A stretch of DNA of 64,000 nt. It comes from Thermodesulfobacteriota bacterium. Its GTDB lineage: Bacteria; Desulfobacterota; Desulfobacteria; Desulfobacterales; SURF-7. How positions within the stretch are numbered: position 1 is the first letter of the stretch; every line of letters begins with the position of its first letter. Position numbers and translations under genes: made by a program. A model generated the notes under the pieces. That model made no database searches and was not told the origin of the DNA. It saw nothing but the letters and a program-made list of their open reading frames with translations. The stretch is from assembly GCA_049320885.1 (NCBI GenBank), contig JBMORA010000012.1, positions 88,445 through 152,444 of the forward strand. The letters are read 5' to 3'. Of the stretch, positions 9,180 through 19,716 are shown one piece after another.

Positions 9180-10955
9180 TCATGGTGATCCGGAGAGGTG
9201 CGGCATGACTTCGAACAATCGATAGCACACCAATCCCAATCCATGCTGATTGCGAAAATCAAAAACCGGTTGCATGGACATCTTACGGCCAGGTGATATA
9301 TGCTTGTTGAAATAGCTTTCCACCAGCCGGGTCACGGGAGTTTTTGAAGTTTTTTCAATATATTCGAACCAGATAGCAGCGGGATTGTCGATGCTCCAGC
9401 GGAGCAATTCATTACCGTTTTGCAGACCATGATGTCGTAATATCCGCAGATACCCCTTGGAATGGATCAGCCAACCGGCAGGCAACACCGGAATGGAGGT
9501 GAAATCCGCCACCTCCTTCAAGGGATGAACAGCTTCCTGCAATAAATTGCTGTTCGGGTCCAGGGGTATCAACAGCACGGTATCCAGGTGGGGCCGGTTC
9601 ATCGCCACCATGCTCAGTTTCCTATCGATCTGTTCTTTTTCCGCTCTGCGGGCGAATACATGCTGAAGAAGAGAGGCGGTTTTGGACCAGGTCAAGCCGG
9701 CCGCCGTGAGTGTCAGGGCGAGGGCAACGACGAGGAAAATTTCTGTCGGGTTCCGTTTTGATCCGCCGACAGGGTCTGGTTTTTCCAGACGGTCGAGAAT
9801 GACAAAGAAGGTGCCCGCGACATAACAATAGAGCGGCATATATACCCGCGGAACGAAGCGATAATACATCAGGAACAGGGCGCCTGCAACCACGATGCCG
9901 ATGGCCAGACCCTGGCGGAAAGGCTTCGTGATTGTTTGGCGCCTCAAGGAGGCAAGATTTCGTATGAAAACGGCGGACAACGTGCAGAACAGAATGAGGG
10001 TGACGGTTTTGCTTCCCTGGAAATGCAGGGACATTCGCTGAGCGACCTGCCGAAAAAACGGGATTTGACCTGTGGGATTGTTTTCCTTTGTAAACAGGGA
10101 GATTGATGATGTATTGGACCGGTTGATGTCATGTAAAAACCAGTAATTTCGGAAAAGTATAAAATCTTCCATATCCCAGCCGGCTTTTGATATTGCTCGT
10201 AGCGTAAGGTCGCCATAGTATTCCCCCCTATCCGTATCATGGAAAATTCCCCGTATATTGCTGTATTGAAAAAAGAAACGGTTATCCTTTGAATATTGAT
10301 GAAAGAGCAGCCAGAAAGAAAGAAGGAGGAGGAAGAAGAATCCTGCCCAGACGGGCAGGGTTTTTCGGAAAAAAGAAAGCCTTCCGACAATGACGACGGA
10401 GAAAACCAGTATTGATGCGAATTGCACAAGGTTCCAGCGCAGGGAAAAAGACATAACCAGGGCGAGGGTCAATAAAAAAAGATACGTGCGTTCTTCGTGT
10501 ATCGGGCAATTTTCGGTGAGGGCCCATTCCAACAGGCAAAGAAACACCGCGAATAACAGCAGCAGGGAAGCGGATGTGAAACTGGCGAAAACAAAACAAT
10601 GGAAAAAAACAATAAAAATAAACGGAGTGGCCGACAGGAAGGCGAACCGGTCATTGCTTCTGAGGAAAACGCCCAGAATAAGGGTGTAGCTTAGAAGGAT
10701 ACCGGAGTACAGATAGAAGCCATACCAGGGAAGACCCGGAACCGCGCGGTAGAGACGGTGCAGCATGTGGCTGGTCACTGGATTGAGGAAAAAGCAGTCT
10801 TTCCCTGGTAAAAACCCGTTCAATTCAAGGACGATGGCGAAATCATCGTTGGATTCGTACCGGACCGGCAGGAAGCTGCCGATATTGATCATAAAGACGC
10901 TGACGCAGAGCAGGGCGATCCACAGGGAATTTCGCTTTATGGAATACGGTTGCAT
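9180..10955 (-). CDS. Polytopic membrane protein, putative GT-C-fold glycosyltransferase
   Basis: 591 aa; many TM segments; acidic YESNDD motif in the first loop after TM1; soluble C-terminal domain. Confidence 0.55.
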   Translation of the reverse strand: MQPYSIKRNSLWIALLCVSVFMINIGSFLPVRYESNDDFAIVLELNGFLPGKDCFFLNPVTSHMLHRLYRAVPGLPWYGFYLYSGILLSYTLILGVFLRSNDRFAFLSATPFIFIVFFHCFVFASFTSASLLLLFAVFLCLLEWALTENCPIHEERTYLFLLTLALVMSFSLRWNLVQFASILVFSVVIVGRLSFFRKTLPVWAGFFFLLLLSFWLLFHQYSKDNRFFFQYSNIRGIFHDTDRGEYYGDLTLRAISKAGWDMEDFILFRNYWFLHDINRSNTSSISLFTKENNPTGQIPFFRQVAQRMSLHFQGSKTVTLILFCTLSAVFIRNLASLRRQTITKPFRQGLAIGIVVAGALFLMYYRFVPRVYMPLYCYVAGTFFVILDRLEKPDPVGGSKRNPTEIFLVVALALTLTAAGLTWSKTASLLQHVFARRAEKEQIDRKLSMVAMNRPHLDTVLLIPLDPNSNLLQEAVHPLKEVADFTSIPVLPAGWLIHSKGYLRILRHHGLQNGNELLRWSIDNPAAIWFEYIEKTSKTPVTRLVESYFNKHISPGRKMSMQPVFDFRNQHGLGLVCYRLFEVMPHLSGSP

Positions 10956-11113
10956 GGTATGGTTTCCAGGAGCTGAAACTCACTGCATGGTAACGGTTGT
11001 ATGGGAGAGGTGATCGACAAGGTTCCAACAACAGTAAACTAAAGGTTGACGCAAAAACATTGTTTGTAATATGGTTACGCGTTACTTTGCCAGTCTCACA
11101 TAAGAGAACCGAT

Positions 11114-12067
11114 ATGACAAGAGAAAATATCGAAATATCCGTGGTCGTCCCGGTTTACAACAGTTCCGCGACGTTGCGGGAACTGAACCGCCGTTTGATC
11201 CACACGTTGATCGAGCTGGTGGCGGATCGGTATGAGATCCTTTACATCAATGACGGCAGCCGGGATGATTCCTGGAGGATCCTGGGTGAATTGACGATGG
11301 AAAACGGGAACCTCACCGCCGTGAACCTGACCCGCAATTTCGGCCAGCATAACGCCATCATGTGCGGTTTCAGCGAAGCCGCCGGAAACTATATCATCAC
11401 CATCGACGACGACCTGCAGCTGCCGCCGGAGGAGATCGCGGCCCTGTACCGGGAAATTCAGAACGGTCATGATATCGTCTATGGCCTTTATCGGCAGAAG
11501 AAGCATTCCGTATTCCGGAACCTGGGTTCCGAATTCGTCCAGTTCGTGTATATGCGGACCTTCGATACGGATATCCGGCTGACGTCCTTTCGAATCATCC
11601 GGAGGGAAATCATATCCAAGATCCTGTCCTATGAGAAAAGTTTCACGTTCATCGACGGTCTGATTTCCTGGTACACGTCCAATATCGGCAAAGTCTATGT
11701 GGAACATCATGAACGCAAAATCGGAAAAAGCGGTTATTCCCTGAAGCGCCTGATCGTCCTGTCCCTGAACATGCTGACGAATTTCAGCATCGTTCCGGTT
11801 CAGATCGCCTCGCTCATCGGCATTCTGTTCTCCCTGACGGGTTTTCTGGCCGGATTTCTTTTTTTCTGCAAAAAGCTTTTTTTCGATGTGCCGGTTTCGG
11901 GTTTCACGGCACTGATCGTCACCGTCACCATCTTTTCCGGCGTACAGCTACTCACTCTGGGCATATTGGGGGAATACATCAGCCGGATTCATATCAACGT
12001 CAACAATCGCCCCCAGTACGCGGTGCGGGAAATTGCGGCATTGCATCGTAAACCCGAAGCCAGATGA
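11114..12067 (+). CDS. GT2 polyprenyl-phosphate glycosyltransferase (ArnC/GtrB-like)
   Basis: VVVPVYN, INDGSRD, RNFGQHNAIMCG, IDDDLQ motifs; two C-terminal TM helices; start re-assigned to ATG 11114. Confidence 0.88.
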   Translation: MTRENIEISVVVPVYNSSATLRELNRRLIHTLIELVADRYEILYINDGSRDDSWRILGELTMENGNLTAVNLTRNFGQHNAIMCGFSEAAGNYIITIDDDLQLPPEEIAALYREIQNGHDIVYGLYRQKKHSVFRNLGSEFVQFVYMRTFDTDIRLTSFRIIRREIISKILSYEKSFTFIDGLISWYTSNIGKVYVEHHERKIGKSGYSLKRLIVLSLNMLTNFSIVPVQIASLIGILFSLTGFLAGFLFFCKKLFFDVPVSGFTALIVTVTIFSGVQLLTLGILGEYISRIHINVNNRPQYAVREIAALHRKPEAR

Positions 12068-13209
12068 TACCTGATACCCGTTTTGCATATGCCCCCCTCG
12101 AAAGTCGTCGATTCCAGCTGAACGCCTATCGCGGTTTTCTCAAGTCCATGGATGCGGACGCCATCCTGGCGGCGGTGCTGAAACATGAAATCGACCTCCT
12201 GATCATCCGTCTGCCGGCGGAAAAGCAATGCGAAATCGCCGTATTGAATGAACTCGGGATGCCTTTTATCATAGCAGACACCCTTGTCTGGTATCATGCG
12301 GATATCTCCGGTATTCAGCCGAAACCTTACCGGAACCCCGATCTGTCGTTTATCGAGTACACGTCGGATCATTTCGAGCTGTCCGATCGCATGGTGCAGG
12401 AAATATTCACCGGATATTGGAACAACTATTCGGCCAACCCGCTGCTGGAAGCGGATTTGGTCGAAATCTACAGGGATTGGACCCGCAGTTACGCGACGGA
12501 CCGGGCCAGGGGCAAGTTTTCGTGGCTGGTGGGAAGAGGCGACGACCTTCTCGGTCTGATCACCTGCCTGGTGCAGCAGAATGAGCTGGAGGTGGTCCTG
12601 AATGGAGTTCTGCCCAGGGAGGCGCGGAAGGGCGTCTATGGCGATATGATCCGCTTTATTCAAGGGTTTTGTCTGACCCACCGGATCGCCCGCATCCGGA
12701 TTTCCACCCAGGCGAACAATTACGCGGTTCAGAAAGTGTGGGGACGGGAAGGGTTCCATCTGAAAAATGCCTTTGTGACGATTCATGTCAACAGCATGAT
12801 GAAAGCGTCGCGGATACCGGGGAAGAGCTGGCGGGTCCGCATCGCGCCATATGGAAGTCCGGAATCTTTCGACATGGCGGGCATCGCAACCGCTGAAAAG
12901 GGTAAAATGACAATGGGGCGACAGGCCCTCCTGGGCTGGATCACAACCGGAGCGGCTCCGGTGTTTGTTCCCAGAGAAGGTGCCACGCTTTTGAAAAATG
13001 CGGTCCGGTATGTCAAGCCATTGAAGCCGGGAATGGATTACCGGGTTGACATCAACCACCCCTATGTGAATCCGGCCGCCGGGGCGTATACGACCGTGTT
13101 GAAGGTATATGACGAAACGGGCGATATCTGTCTGTTTGCTTATTATGATTTCAGGGAACAAACGCAACCCGGAAAAACGGTTTGCGGACCTACGGAACTC
13201 TATCCATGA
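12064..13209 (+). CDS. GNAT acyltransferase (WecD-like) with C-terminal hotdog-like domain
   Basis: GVLPREARKGVYGDM and ISTQANNYAVQKVW GNAT motifs; C-terminal beta-rich RYVKPLKPG...LKVYDETGDICL pattern; ATGA-coupled on both sides. Confidence 0.6.
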   Translation: MIPDTRFAYAPLESRRFQLNAYRGFLKSMDADAILAAVLKHEIDLLIIRLPAEKQCEIAVLNELGMPFIIADTLVWYHADISGIQPKPYRNPDLSFIEYTSDHFELSDRMVQEIFTGYWNNYSANPLLEADLVEIYRDWTRSYATDRARGKFSWLVGRGDDLLGLITCLVQQNELEVVLNGVLPREARKGVYGDMIRFIQGFCLTHRIARIRISTQANNYAVQKVWGREGFHLKNAFVTIHVNSMMKASRIPGKSWRVRIAPYGSPESFDMAGIATAEKGKMTMGRQALLGWITTGAAPVFVPREGATLLKNAVRYVKPLKPGMDYRVDINHPYVNPAAGAYTTVLKVYDETGDICLFAYYDFREQTQPGKTVCGPTELYP

Positions 13210-14027
13210 CGAAAGCGGAAAAAATCCGGAAGATACTGGATTGGAGCCGGGCGCATACGGTCCAGAACAATGCCTACTGTTTTCTCCCCGGTGCCCATGA
13301 CCGGCGCCGGACTTCCGGGGACGGGCTTTTGGGCAAGGTGCAAGACATGCTGAAGGTGAATGGCAGGCTGTATTATACCCTGCTCTCTCTCTTCGGGCCG
13401 GTCATGTTGTCGTCCGCGTATCGGGAAACCGCGAGGGCTTGTCTGGAAAAATACGGCGAAAATCATGTGATCATCAATCTGGGCAGCGGTCCAGCCTATT
13501 TTTTTGGGCGCAAGGATATCATCAATATCGATGTCTTCGCTCTGGATGAGGTGGATATTGTCGCCGATGCCGCCAATTTGCCGCTTGCCGATGGGTCCGT
13601 GGATTTTATCATCAGCATCGCCATGCTGGAACATGTGGTCAATCCGCGTCAGGTGGTTCAGGAAATGCATCGGATTCTGAAAAAAGACGGTGAGGTGTTT
13701 GCCTATGTTCCCTTTGTGCAACCGTATCATGCAGCACCGTACGATTTTTCCCGCTGGAATCACCAGGGGATCAAAAAACTTTTCTCCGGTTTCGATGTCA
13801 GCCGGATTTTTATCGGCAGCGGTCCCACGTCCGGAATGCTGTATGTGCTGGAGGAATGGCTGGCGATCCTACTGTCCTTCGGCAGTAAATTCCTGCACGA
13901 TATGTGGTTTTTGCTGTTGATGATGTTGTTGTTTCCGGTGAAATTCCTGGATGTGATCCTGAACAGGTCCGGGCTGGCTGCCAACGCCGCCAGCGGTTTC
14001 GGTATCGTCGCCAGAAAGGGTGGATGA
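13206..14027 (+). CDS. Class I SAM-dependent methyltransferase with hydrophobic C-terminus
   Basis: INLGSG motif I; ADAANLPLADGSVD; MLEHV...EMHRILKKDG. Confidence 0.85.
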   Translation: MTKAEKIRKILDWSRAHTVQNNAYCFLPGAHDRRRTSGDGLLGKVQDMLKVNGRLYYTLLSLFGPVMLSSAYRETARACLEKYGENHVIINLGSGPAYFFGRKDIINIDVFALDEVDIVADAANLPLADGSVDFIISIAMLEHVVNPRQVVQEMHRILKKDGEVFAYVPFVQPYHAAPYDFSRWNHQGIKKLFSGFDVSRIFIGSGPTSGMLYVLEEWLAILLSFGSKFLHDMWFLLLMMLLFPVKFLDVILNRSGLAANAASGFGIVARKGG

Positions 14028-14030
14028 CCT

Positions 14031-15479
14031 ATGAATGCGTCTATGAATGGCCCGATGCAGCAGTATCAGCAAAGGAGAATCGCGCATTGGAACCGGGTGG
14101 TTTCCAAAAAAGAGAAGACCGACCGCTGGAGCTCATGCTACCACGGATTATTGCATCATTATTACCGGTTGATGGTGCCTCGCGGCTTGAAAATCCTGGA
14201 AATCGGTTGCGGCATGGGGGATCTTCTATCTGCCCTGGAGCCGAGCCATGGAGTGGGGATCGATTTCGCGGAGGAAATGCTTGTCCGCGCCCGGCAGCGG
14301 CATCCACGGCTGACGTTTATCCATGCAGATGCCCATGATCTCCCGTTACGGGAGCTATTTGACGTCATTATCCTGTCCGACCTGGTGAACGATCTCTGGG
14401 ATGTTCAGACTGTTTTGGAGAAAGTCCGCAACCTGTGTCATCCCGGCACCCGCGTTATTACAAATTTTTTTAATAACATCTGGAGAATACCTCTTGGAGT
14501 CGTGAAACGGCTGGGGCTGGGGGCCGATGTATTGGAACAGAACTGGTTTTCGCCCCATGACGTTTCCAATCTCCTGGAGCTGGCAGGTTTTGAGGTCATC
14601 GACGTTTCGCCCCGGGTACTCCTGCCGCTGCGCATCCGGTTTCTGGAAACCCTGGCGAACCGGTATCTGGTCAACCTGATCCCTTTCAACTGGTTCGGTC
14701 TGACCAACATCATGATCGCCCGGCCCATTTCCGCCAGAGAGGAAATATTGGCTTGTCGCGGCAAGACCGTCTCGGTGATTGTTGCGGCCCGGAATGAGGC
14801 CGGTAATATCGAGAATATCCTCAAACGCGTGCCGGAACTTGGAGATAAAACCGAAATTGTGTTTGTGGAAGGACATTCCAGCGATCAGACCTACGAGACC
14901 ATTGAGGACGCAATCAAACGCCACCCGGAAAAACACGCTTGTCTGTTCCGCCAGACCGGAAAAGGCAAGGGGGACGCCGTGCGGCTCGGTTTTGAGAAAG
15001 CCTCGGGGGATATTCTCATGATACTGGATGCGGACTTGACTGTTCCTCCGGAGGATTTGCCGCGTTTTGTCCAGGCCATGACATCCGGCAAGGGCGACTT
15101 TATCAATGGCGTGCGCCTGGTGTATCCCATGGAAGACAAGGCCATGCGTTTTCTCAATATTATTGGAAACAAGTTTTTCAGTCTGGCCTTCACCTGGTTG
15201 CTGGGACAGCCCATCAAGGACACGTTGTGCGGCACAAAGGTGTTGTGGAAGAAGGATTACGATCTGATTGTTTCCAATCGCAGCTATTTTGGCGAGTTCG
15301 ATCCATTCGGCGACTTTGACCTGTTGTTCGGCGCGGCCAAATTGAACCTGAAAATTGCAGAAGTGCCCATCCGCTACCGGGAACGAGTCTACGGCACCAC
15401 CAACATCAGCCGGTTCTCCCATGGCTGGCTGCTCCTGAAAATGGTGCTGTTCGCCGCAAAAAGGATCAAATTTATATAA
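14031..15479 (+). CDS. Bifunctional SAM methyltransferase-like / GT2 glycosyltransferase (DPM/DPG synthase-like)
   Basis: N-terminal LEIGCGMG; C-terminal VSVIVAARNE, GKGDAVRLG, ILDADL, DTLCGTK. Confidence 0.88.
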   Translation: MNASMNGPMQQYQQRRIAHWNRVVSKKEKTDRWSSCYHGLLHHYYRLMVPRGLKILEIGCGMGDLLSALEPSHGVGIDFAEEMLVRARQRHPRLTFIHADAHDLPLRELFDVIILSDLVNDLWDVQTVLEKVRNLCHPGTRVITNFFNNIWRIPLGVVKRLGLGADVLEQNWFSPHDVSNLLELAGFEVIDVSPRVLLPLRIRFLETLANRYLVNLIPFNWFGLTNIMIARPISAREEILACRGKTVSVIVAARNEAGNIENILKRVPELGDKTEIVFVEGHSSDQTYETIEDAIKRHPEKHACLFRQTGKGKGDAVRLGFEKASGDILMILDADLTVPPEDLPRFVQAMTSGKGDFINGVRLVYPMEDKAMRFLNIIGNKFFSLAFTWLLGQPIKDTLCGTKVLWKKDYDLIVSNRSYFGEFDPFGDFDLLFGAAKLNLKIAEVPIRYRERVYGTTNISRFSHGWLLLKMVLFAAKRIKFI

Positions 15480-15512
15480 GTAACTGATTTTTTTGAGGGG
15501 AACCCCCTTTAT

Positions 15513-16940
15513 ATGTTGTTCAATTCATGGGTTTTTCTTTTGTTTCTCGCTGTTGTGTTGCCTGTTTATTATTCGCTCAACACACGGTTCCAGAATATTT
15601 TCCTGATCGTTGCGAGTTATTTTTTCTACGGGTACTGGGATTACCGGTTCCTGTCGCTTATCGTCATTTCCACTACCGTCAACTATACCATTGCCCTTGG
15701 AATCCAGACAGCTGCCGGAAAGAAGAAGAAAAAGCTGTTGATCATCGGAATCATCCTCAATCTCGGCTTCCTTGGGTTTTTCAAATATTATCATTTTTTC
15801 ATCGACAGTCTTTCGGATGTTTTCCAAATCCTGGGTTTTTCTCCGGTGACTTCCACTTTGAAGATCATTCTGCCCCTGGGAATCAGCTTCTATACCTTTC
15901 AGGCCATGGCCTACATCATCGATGTCTACCTGGGAAGGCAGACCGCCACAAAGGACAAGATTTCGTTTGCGTTGTTTATCTGTTACTTCCCGTTGCTCCT
16001 CGCGGGTCCCATTGAAAGGGCCGGACATCTTCTCCCCATGCTGCAGTCGAAAAGAGTCGTCAGGCGGGAGGATGTCACTGCCGGCATTCAGCTGATCCTG
16101 ATCGGGCTGGTGAAAAAAATCGCCATCGCGGATGCGGTGGCGCCGTTTGTCAACCGCCTGTACCAGGATTGCAACGGCCACATGAGTCTGGACCTCTTAT
16201 GCGGCGTTTATCTGTTTGCGATCCAGATTTACGGCGATTTTTCCGGCTATAGCGATATCGCCCGGGGGGTCAGCAAACTGCTGGGCATCGATCTGATCAT
16301 GAATTTCCGGCAACCGTATTTCTCCAAAAATATAGTGGAATTCTGGCGGCGTTGGCATATTTCACTGTCCGGATGGCTCCGCGACTATCTTTATATTCCC
16401 ATGGGCGGAAACCGAAAAGGGAAATGGAAGACCTACCGGAATCTCATGATTACCATGCTCCTGGGGGGCTTGTGGCATGGCGCCTCCTGGGTGTTCGTCA
16501 TCTGGGGCGGATTGCATGGCGCCTATCTTGCCCTCCATAGGATATTCAAGGAAATAACGAAGAAAGAGATTCGGGAAAACAGCCGATCCTGGAAAACAGC
16601 CGTAATTACCTGGTTCAGTGTTTTTGTTACCTTTCATCTGACGAGTGTCGCCTGGGTTTTTTTCCGTTCTCCTGATTTGCGCACCGCCGGTGTTTATCTG
16701 TTGAGGCTCGCCAGTCCGGCGAATTGGGGCTATGGCGACGCCTCCCTGGTGCAGGCGACGGTTTTTTATCTTCTGTTCACCTTTTTGCTTGACCTCCCGC
16801 AATATCTGGCGGATCGTGAGTTGCTTTTGACAGCCGGTACTCATTGGATTTGGCGCGGTCTGACGTATGCGATGCTGATGGTGATGATTTCCTTTATCGG
16901 GGAAAGCTATGTCCAGCCGTTCATCTATTTTCAGTTTTGA
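15513..16940 (+). CDS. MBOAT family O-acyltransferase (AlgI/DltB/PatA-like)
   Basis: LPLGISFYTFQ, QIYGDFSGYSD, EFWRRWHISLS, GLWHGA; C-terminal FIYFQF. Confidence 0.93.
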   Translation: MLFNSWVFLLFLAVVLPVYYSLNTRFQNIFLIVASYFFYGYWDYRFLSLIVISTTVNYTIALGIQTAAGKKKKKLLIIGIILNLGFLGFFKYYHFFIDSLSDVFQILGFSPVTSTLKIILPLGISFYTFQAMAYIIDVYLGRQTATKDKISFALFICYFPLLLAGPIERAGHLLPMLQSKRVVRREDVTAGIQLILIGLVKKIAIADAVAPFVNRLYQDCNGHMSLDLLCGVYLFAIQIYGDFSGYSDIARGVSKLLGIDLIMNFRQPYFSKNIVEFWRRWHISLSGWLRDYLYIPMGGNRKGKWKTYRNLMITMLLGGLWHGASWVFVIWGGLHGAYLALHRIFKEITKKEIRENSRSWKTAVITWFSVFVTFHLTSVAWVFFRSPDLRTAGVYLLRLASPANWGYGDASLVQATVFYLLFTFLLDLPQYLADRELLLTAGTHWIWRGLTYAMLMVMISFIGESYVQPFIYFQF

Positions 16941-17997
16941 CACCCTTGTGGGATTTCCCCGGCCGAACCGGGTGTTTTTTCTTGCCTTCGCCCTTTTGGC
17001 GGGGATCGGCTTCCTGATCTCATGGAACCGCGTATATCTGGAGTCTATATCCCCCCGATCCCTGTTGACGCCGATTTCATCCTTTCTTCGCAATCAATAC
17101 ACCGGCCGGGCGAAGATCATTTTTCTGGGAAGTTCCCGGTTCGTGTCCTGCATCAAGACCGACACCTTTGCGCAGCTTGGAAATATCGATCCTTCCAGTG
17201 TTCTCAACCTTTCCATGGATTCCGGCAGTTTCTGGGAGGCGCTGGTTCTCTGCCGGGAAAATCCCTCCCTGCTGGAATCCGCATCGCTTGCCGTGATCAA
17301 TATCGAGCCATGGATGTTCAACCGGAATCTGCTCCATCCGGTTTACGCGAAACCGCATGAATTTGAACCGCATTTTTATACCTGGGCGGAATTCCGGGAG
17401 AAGATGGAGATCCCGGATTGGAAAACCAGGGCGGGTTTGTTGCTGGATCTTCTGTGGCCGTTGTCGGAAAAACGGAATTTCGTCGACTGGTGCAGGGGAG
17501 TGAGCGCGATGGCCCATGCCGCCCCGCCGCCGGCCTATCTGATAACGCCAACCTACCATTATAGCGAAACGGCATTACGGGCAAGGCTGAATGACCCAAG
17601 ATTTCACCCGCAGGTGATCACCGCCTACCATTTGCATGACTACACGTTTTCTGAGCAAAAGGCGGACTATTTGAGACGGCTCGTGCAGATCTTGCGGGAA
17701 AAGGGGATCCGGGTGTTGTTGGTCCAGCCGCCCATGCACAGGGTGTATATGGCGGCCATTTACCAGCAGCCGGATTATCTGGCGGAGTACCGGAAAATGT
17801 TGTCGTATATTCATGCCATGGAGAGCGCCCAGATCCGTTCGATTATCTGGGAGACACCGGAGGATTGCGGGCTGGATGAAACGGTATTTATAGACTACGG
17901 ACATTTCAATTTGGTCGGCGCGCGGTTGTTCACGGAGAAATTATATCTTGAAATGAAACAATTGGGAGTAACGGGAGCCGATGAAACCAGTCGATAA
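16909..17997 (+). CDS. SGNH-like periplasmic partner of the MBOAT (DltD/AlgJ/DUF1574-like)
   Basis: N-terminal TM; IFLGSSR and FIDYGH (DxxH) motifs; overlaps the MBOAT end, with GGGGA 5 nt before ATG 16909. Confidence 0.65.
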   Translation: MSSRSSIFSFDTLVGFPRPNRVFFLAFALLAGIGFLISWNRVYLESISPRSLLTPISSFLRNQYTGRAKIIFLGSSRFVSCIKTDTFAQLGNIDPSSVLNLSMDSGSFWEALVLCRENPSLLESASLAVINIEPWMFNRNLLHPVYAKPHEFEPHFYTWAEFREKMEIPDWKTRAGLLLDLLWPLSEKRNFVDWCRGVSAMAHAAPPPAYLITPTYHYSETALRARLNDPRFHPQVITAYHLHDYTFSEQKADYLRRLVQILREKGIRVLLVQPPMHRVYMAAIYQQPDYLAEYRKMLSYIHAMESAQIRSIIWETPEDCGLDETVFIDYGHFNLVGARLFTEKLYLEMKQLGVTGADETSR

Positions 17998-18955
17998 AAA
18001 AACCATCATTGTCTGTATCCCCATTTATCGCGATTGGGAATCCGCCGGAAAACTCCTGTCCGAAATGGATGTGGAATTGAGACGGTTCGGCGATCACTAC
18101 CGTTTGGAAGTGTTGCTGGTGGATGACGGCGCCGAAGAAAAGGGAAAGCCGGTTTTTCCTTCGCCGCTGCAGTTTATTGAACGAATCGGCATCCTGCGAA
18201 TGCGCCGGAATTTAGGGCACCAGCGGGCCATCGCCATCGGTCTGAGTTATATTCATGCCCATAAACATGCCGATGCCGTGATGGTCATGGATGGTGACGG
18301 CGAAGACACGGTCCGGGGGGTGGCAACGCTGATAACGGAATTTAGCGATAACCAGGGCCGGGTTGTGGTCTTTGCCCGGCGAGGCCGCCGGACGGAATCA
18401 ATGCTGTTCCGGATTTTTTATCAGTTGTATAAACTGTTGCATTGGGTTCTGACCGGCCGTGGGATACAGGTAGGCAATTTCAGCATCTTGCCGTTTCAGC
18501 ATCTTGAATGCCTGGTGGCAGCCCCGGAGCTCTGGAATCATTATGCCGCCTCGGTTATCAAACTGAAGTTGCCCTGCAAACTGGTTCCAATCGATCGCGG
18601 CCATCGGATTGCCGGAAAATCGAGCATGAATTTCATCGCCTTTGTGATCCATGGATTGAGCGCCATATCCGTATATGCGGAAGAAGTGGGTGTTCGATTA
18701 ATGGTTTTCTGCGCAATCATGATCGGCGTGTTCGCACTGGGCTTGGCGGGAGTTATTTCCATTCGTTTTTTTACGGACTACGCCATCCCCGGCTGGGCGA
18801 CCAGTGCCTTCGGGTTGACTTTCAGCGTGATCCTGCAATTGCTGGTCATTTCTCTCATTGTTGTGGTGATAACCCTGAAAAACCGCTCCGCTGCGGATTT
18901 CATGCCCATGCGGGATTTTCAGTATTTCATCAGAGAAAAGGAAGCGAATATCTGA
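17981..18955 (+). CDS. GT2 polyprenyl-phosphate glycosyltransferase (GtrB-like)
   Basis: CIPIYRD, VDDG, NLGHQRAIAIGL, MDGDGED; two C-terminal TM helices. Confidence 0.85.
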   Translation: MKPVDKKTIIVCIPIYRDWESAGKLLSEMDVELRRFGDHYRLEVLLVDDGAEEKGKPVFPSPLQFIERIGILRMRRNLGHQRAIAIGLSYIHAHKHADAVMVMDGDGEDTVRGVATLITEFSDNQGRVVVFARRGRRTESMLFRIFYQLYKLLHWVLTGRGIQVGNFSILPFQHLECLVAAPELWNHYAASVIKLKLPCKLVPIDRGHRIAGKSSMNFIAFVIHGLSAISVYAEEVGVRLMVFCAIMIGVFALGLAGVISIRFFTDYAIPGWATSAFGLTFSVILQLLVISLIVVVITLKNRSAADFMPMRDFQYFIREKEANI

Positions 18956-18959
18956 CTTC

Positions 18960-19703
18960 ATGGGCTGGCAATCGTATGCGATTGATATCATGAATGAAAA
19001 ATACCAATATGCCGGCGGGGAATTGGCGCTTTTTGCCAAAGCCATTCATTGGAAAAAATATGTTTCCAGGGTGATAGGCCCGTATATCGCAGGCGACGTC
19101 CTGGAGGTTGGTGCAGGAATAGGAGAAAGCACCAGGCTTTTGCATGCATGGGACCATCGCAGCTGGCTCTGCGTTGAGCCGGATTCTGGCCTTTTTCAGG
19201 AGTTACGGAAAACCGTTTCCGATTTACCGGATAATCATACGGTTACTTGTATGCAAGGGTTTCTGGCCGATCTCGGGACCAAGCAACTGTTTGACACCAT
19301 ACTATACATCGATGTGCTAGAGCATATCGAAAAAGATGCTTCGGAAATGGAAGCGGTATCCAGGTATTTGCGACCCGGTGGGCATGTCATCATTCTTGCG
19401 CCTGCGCATCAATGTCTGTTTACTCCATTCGATGCGGCGATAGGGCATTTCCGACGATACGGCAAATCCTCATTGCAACGAATCATACCGGAAAACATCC
19501 GAATCCTCCGGATGATATATCTGGATAGCGTCGGACTGGCTGCCAGTTTGGCAAACAGGTTTCTATTGAAGCAGGCCATGCCGACCTTGGGGCAGATCAT
19601 GACATGGGACCGGATGCTGGTGCCGGTGTCAAGAATCATCGACCCTTTATTCCGATATAGACTCGGCAAGACGATTGTGGGTGTCGGGAAGAAAACAGTA
19701 TAA
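18960..19703 (+). CDS. Class I SAM-dependent methyltransferase
   Basis: VLEVGAGIG; FDTILYIDVLEHI; LRPGG; alternative start ATG 18990. Confidence 0.88.
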   Translation: MGWQSYAIDIMNEKYQYAGGELALFAKAIHWKKYVSRVIGPYIAGDVLEVGAGIGESTRLLHAWDHRSWLCVEPDSGLFQELRKTVSDLPDNHTVTCMQGFLADLGTKQLFDTILYIDVLEHIEKDASEMEAVSRYLRPGGHVIILAPAHQCLFTPFDAAIGHFRRYGKSSLQRIIPENIRILRMIYLDSVGLAASLANRFLLKQAMPTLGQIMTWDRMLVPVSRIIDPLFRYRLGKTIVGVGKKTV

Positions 19704-19716
19704 TTCGGATTTTTCT

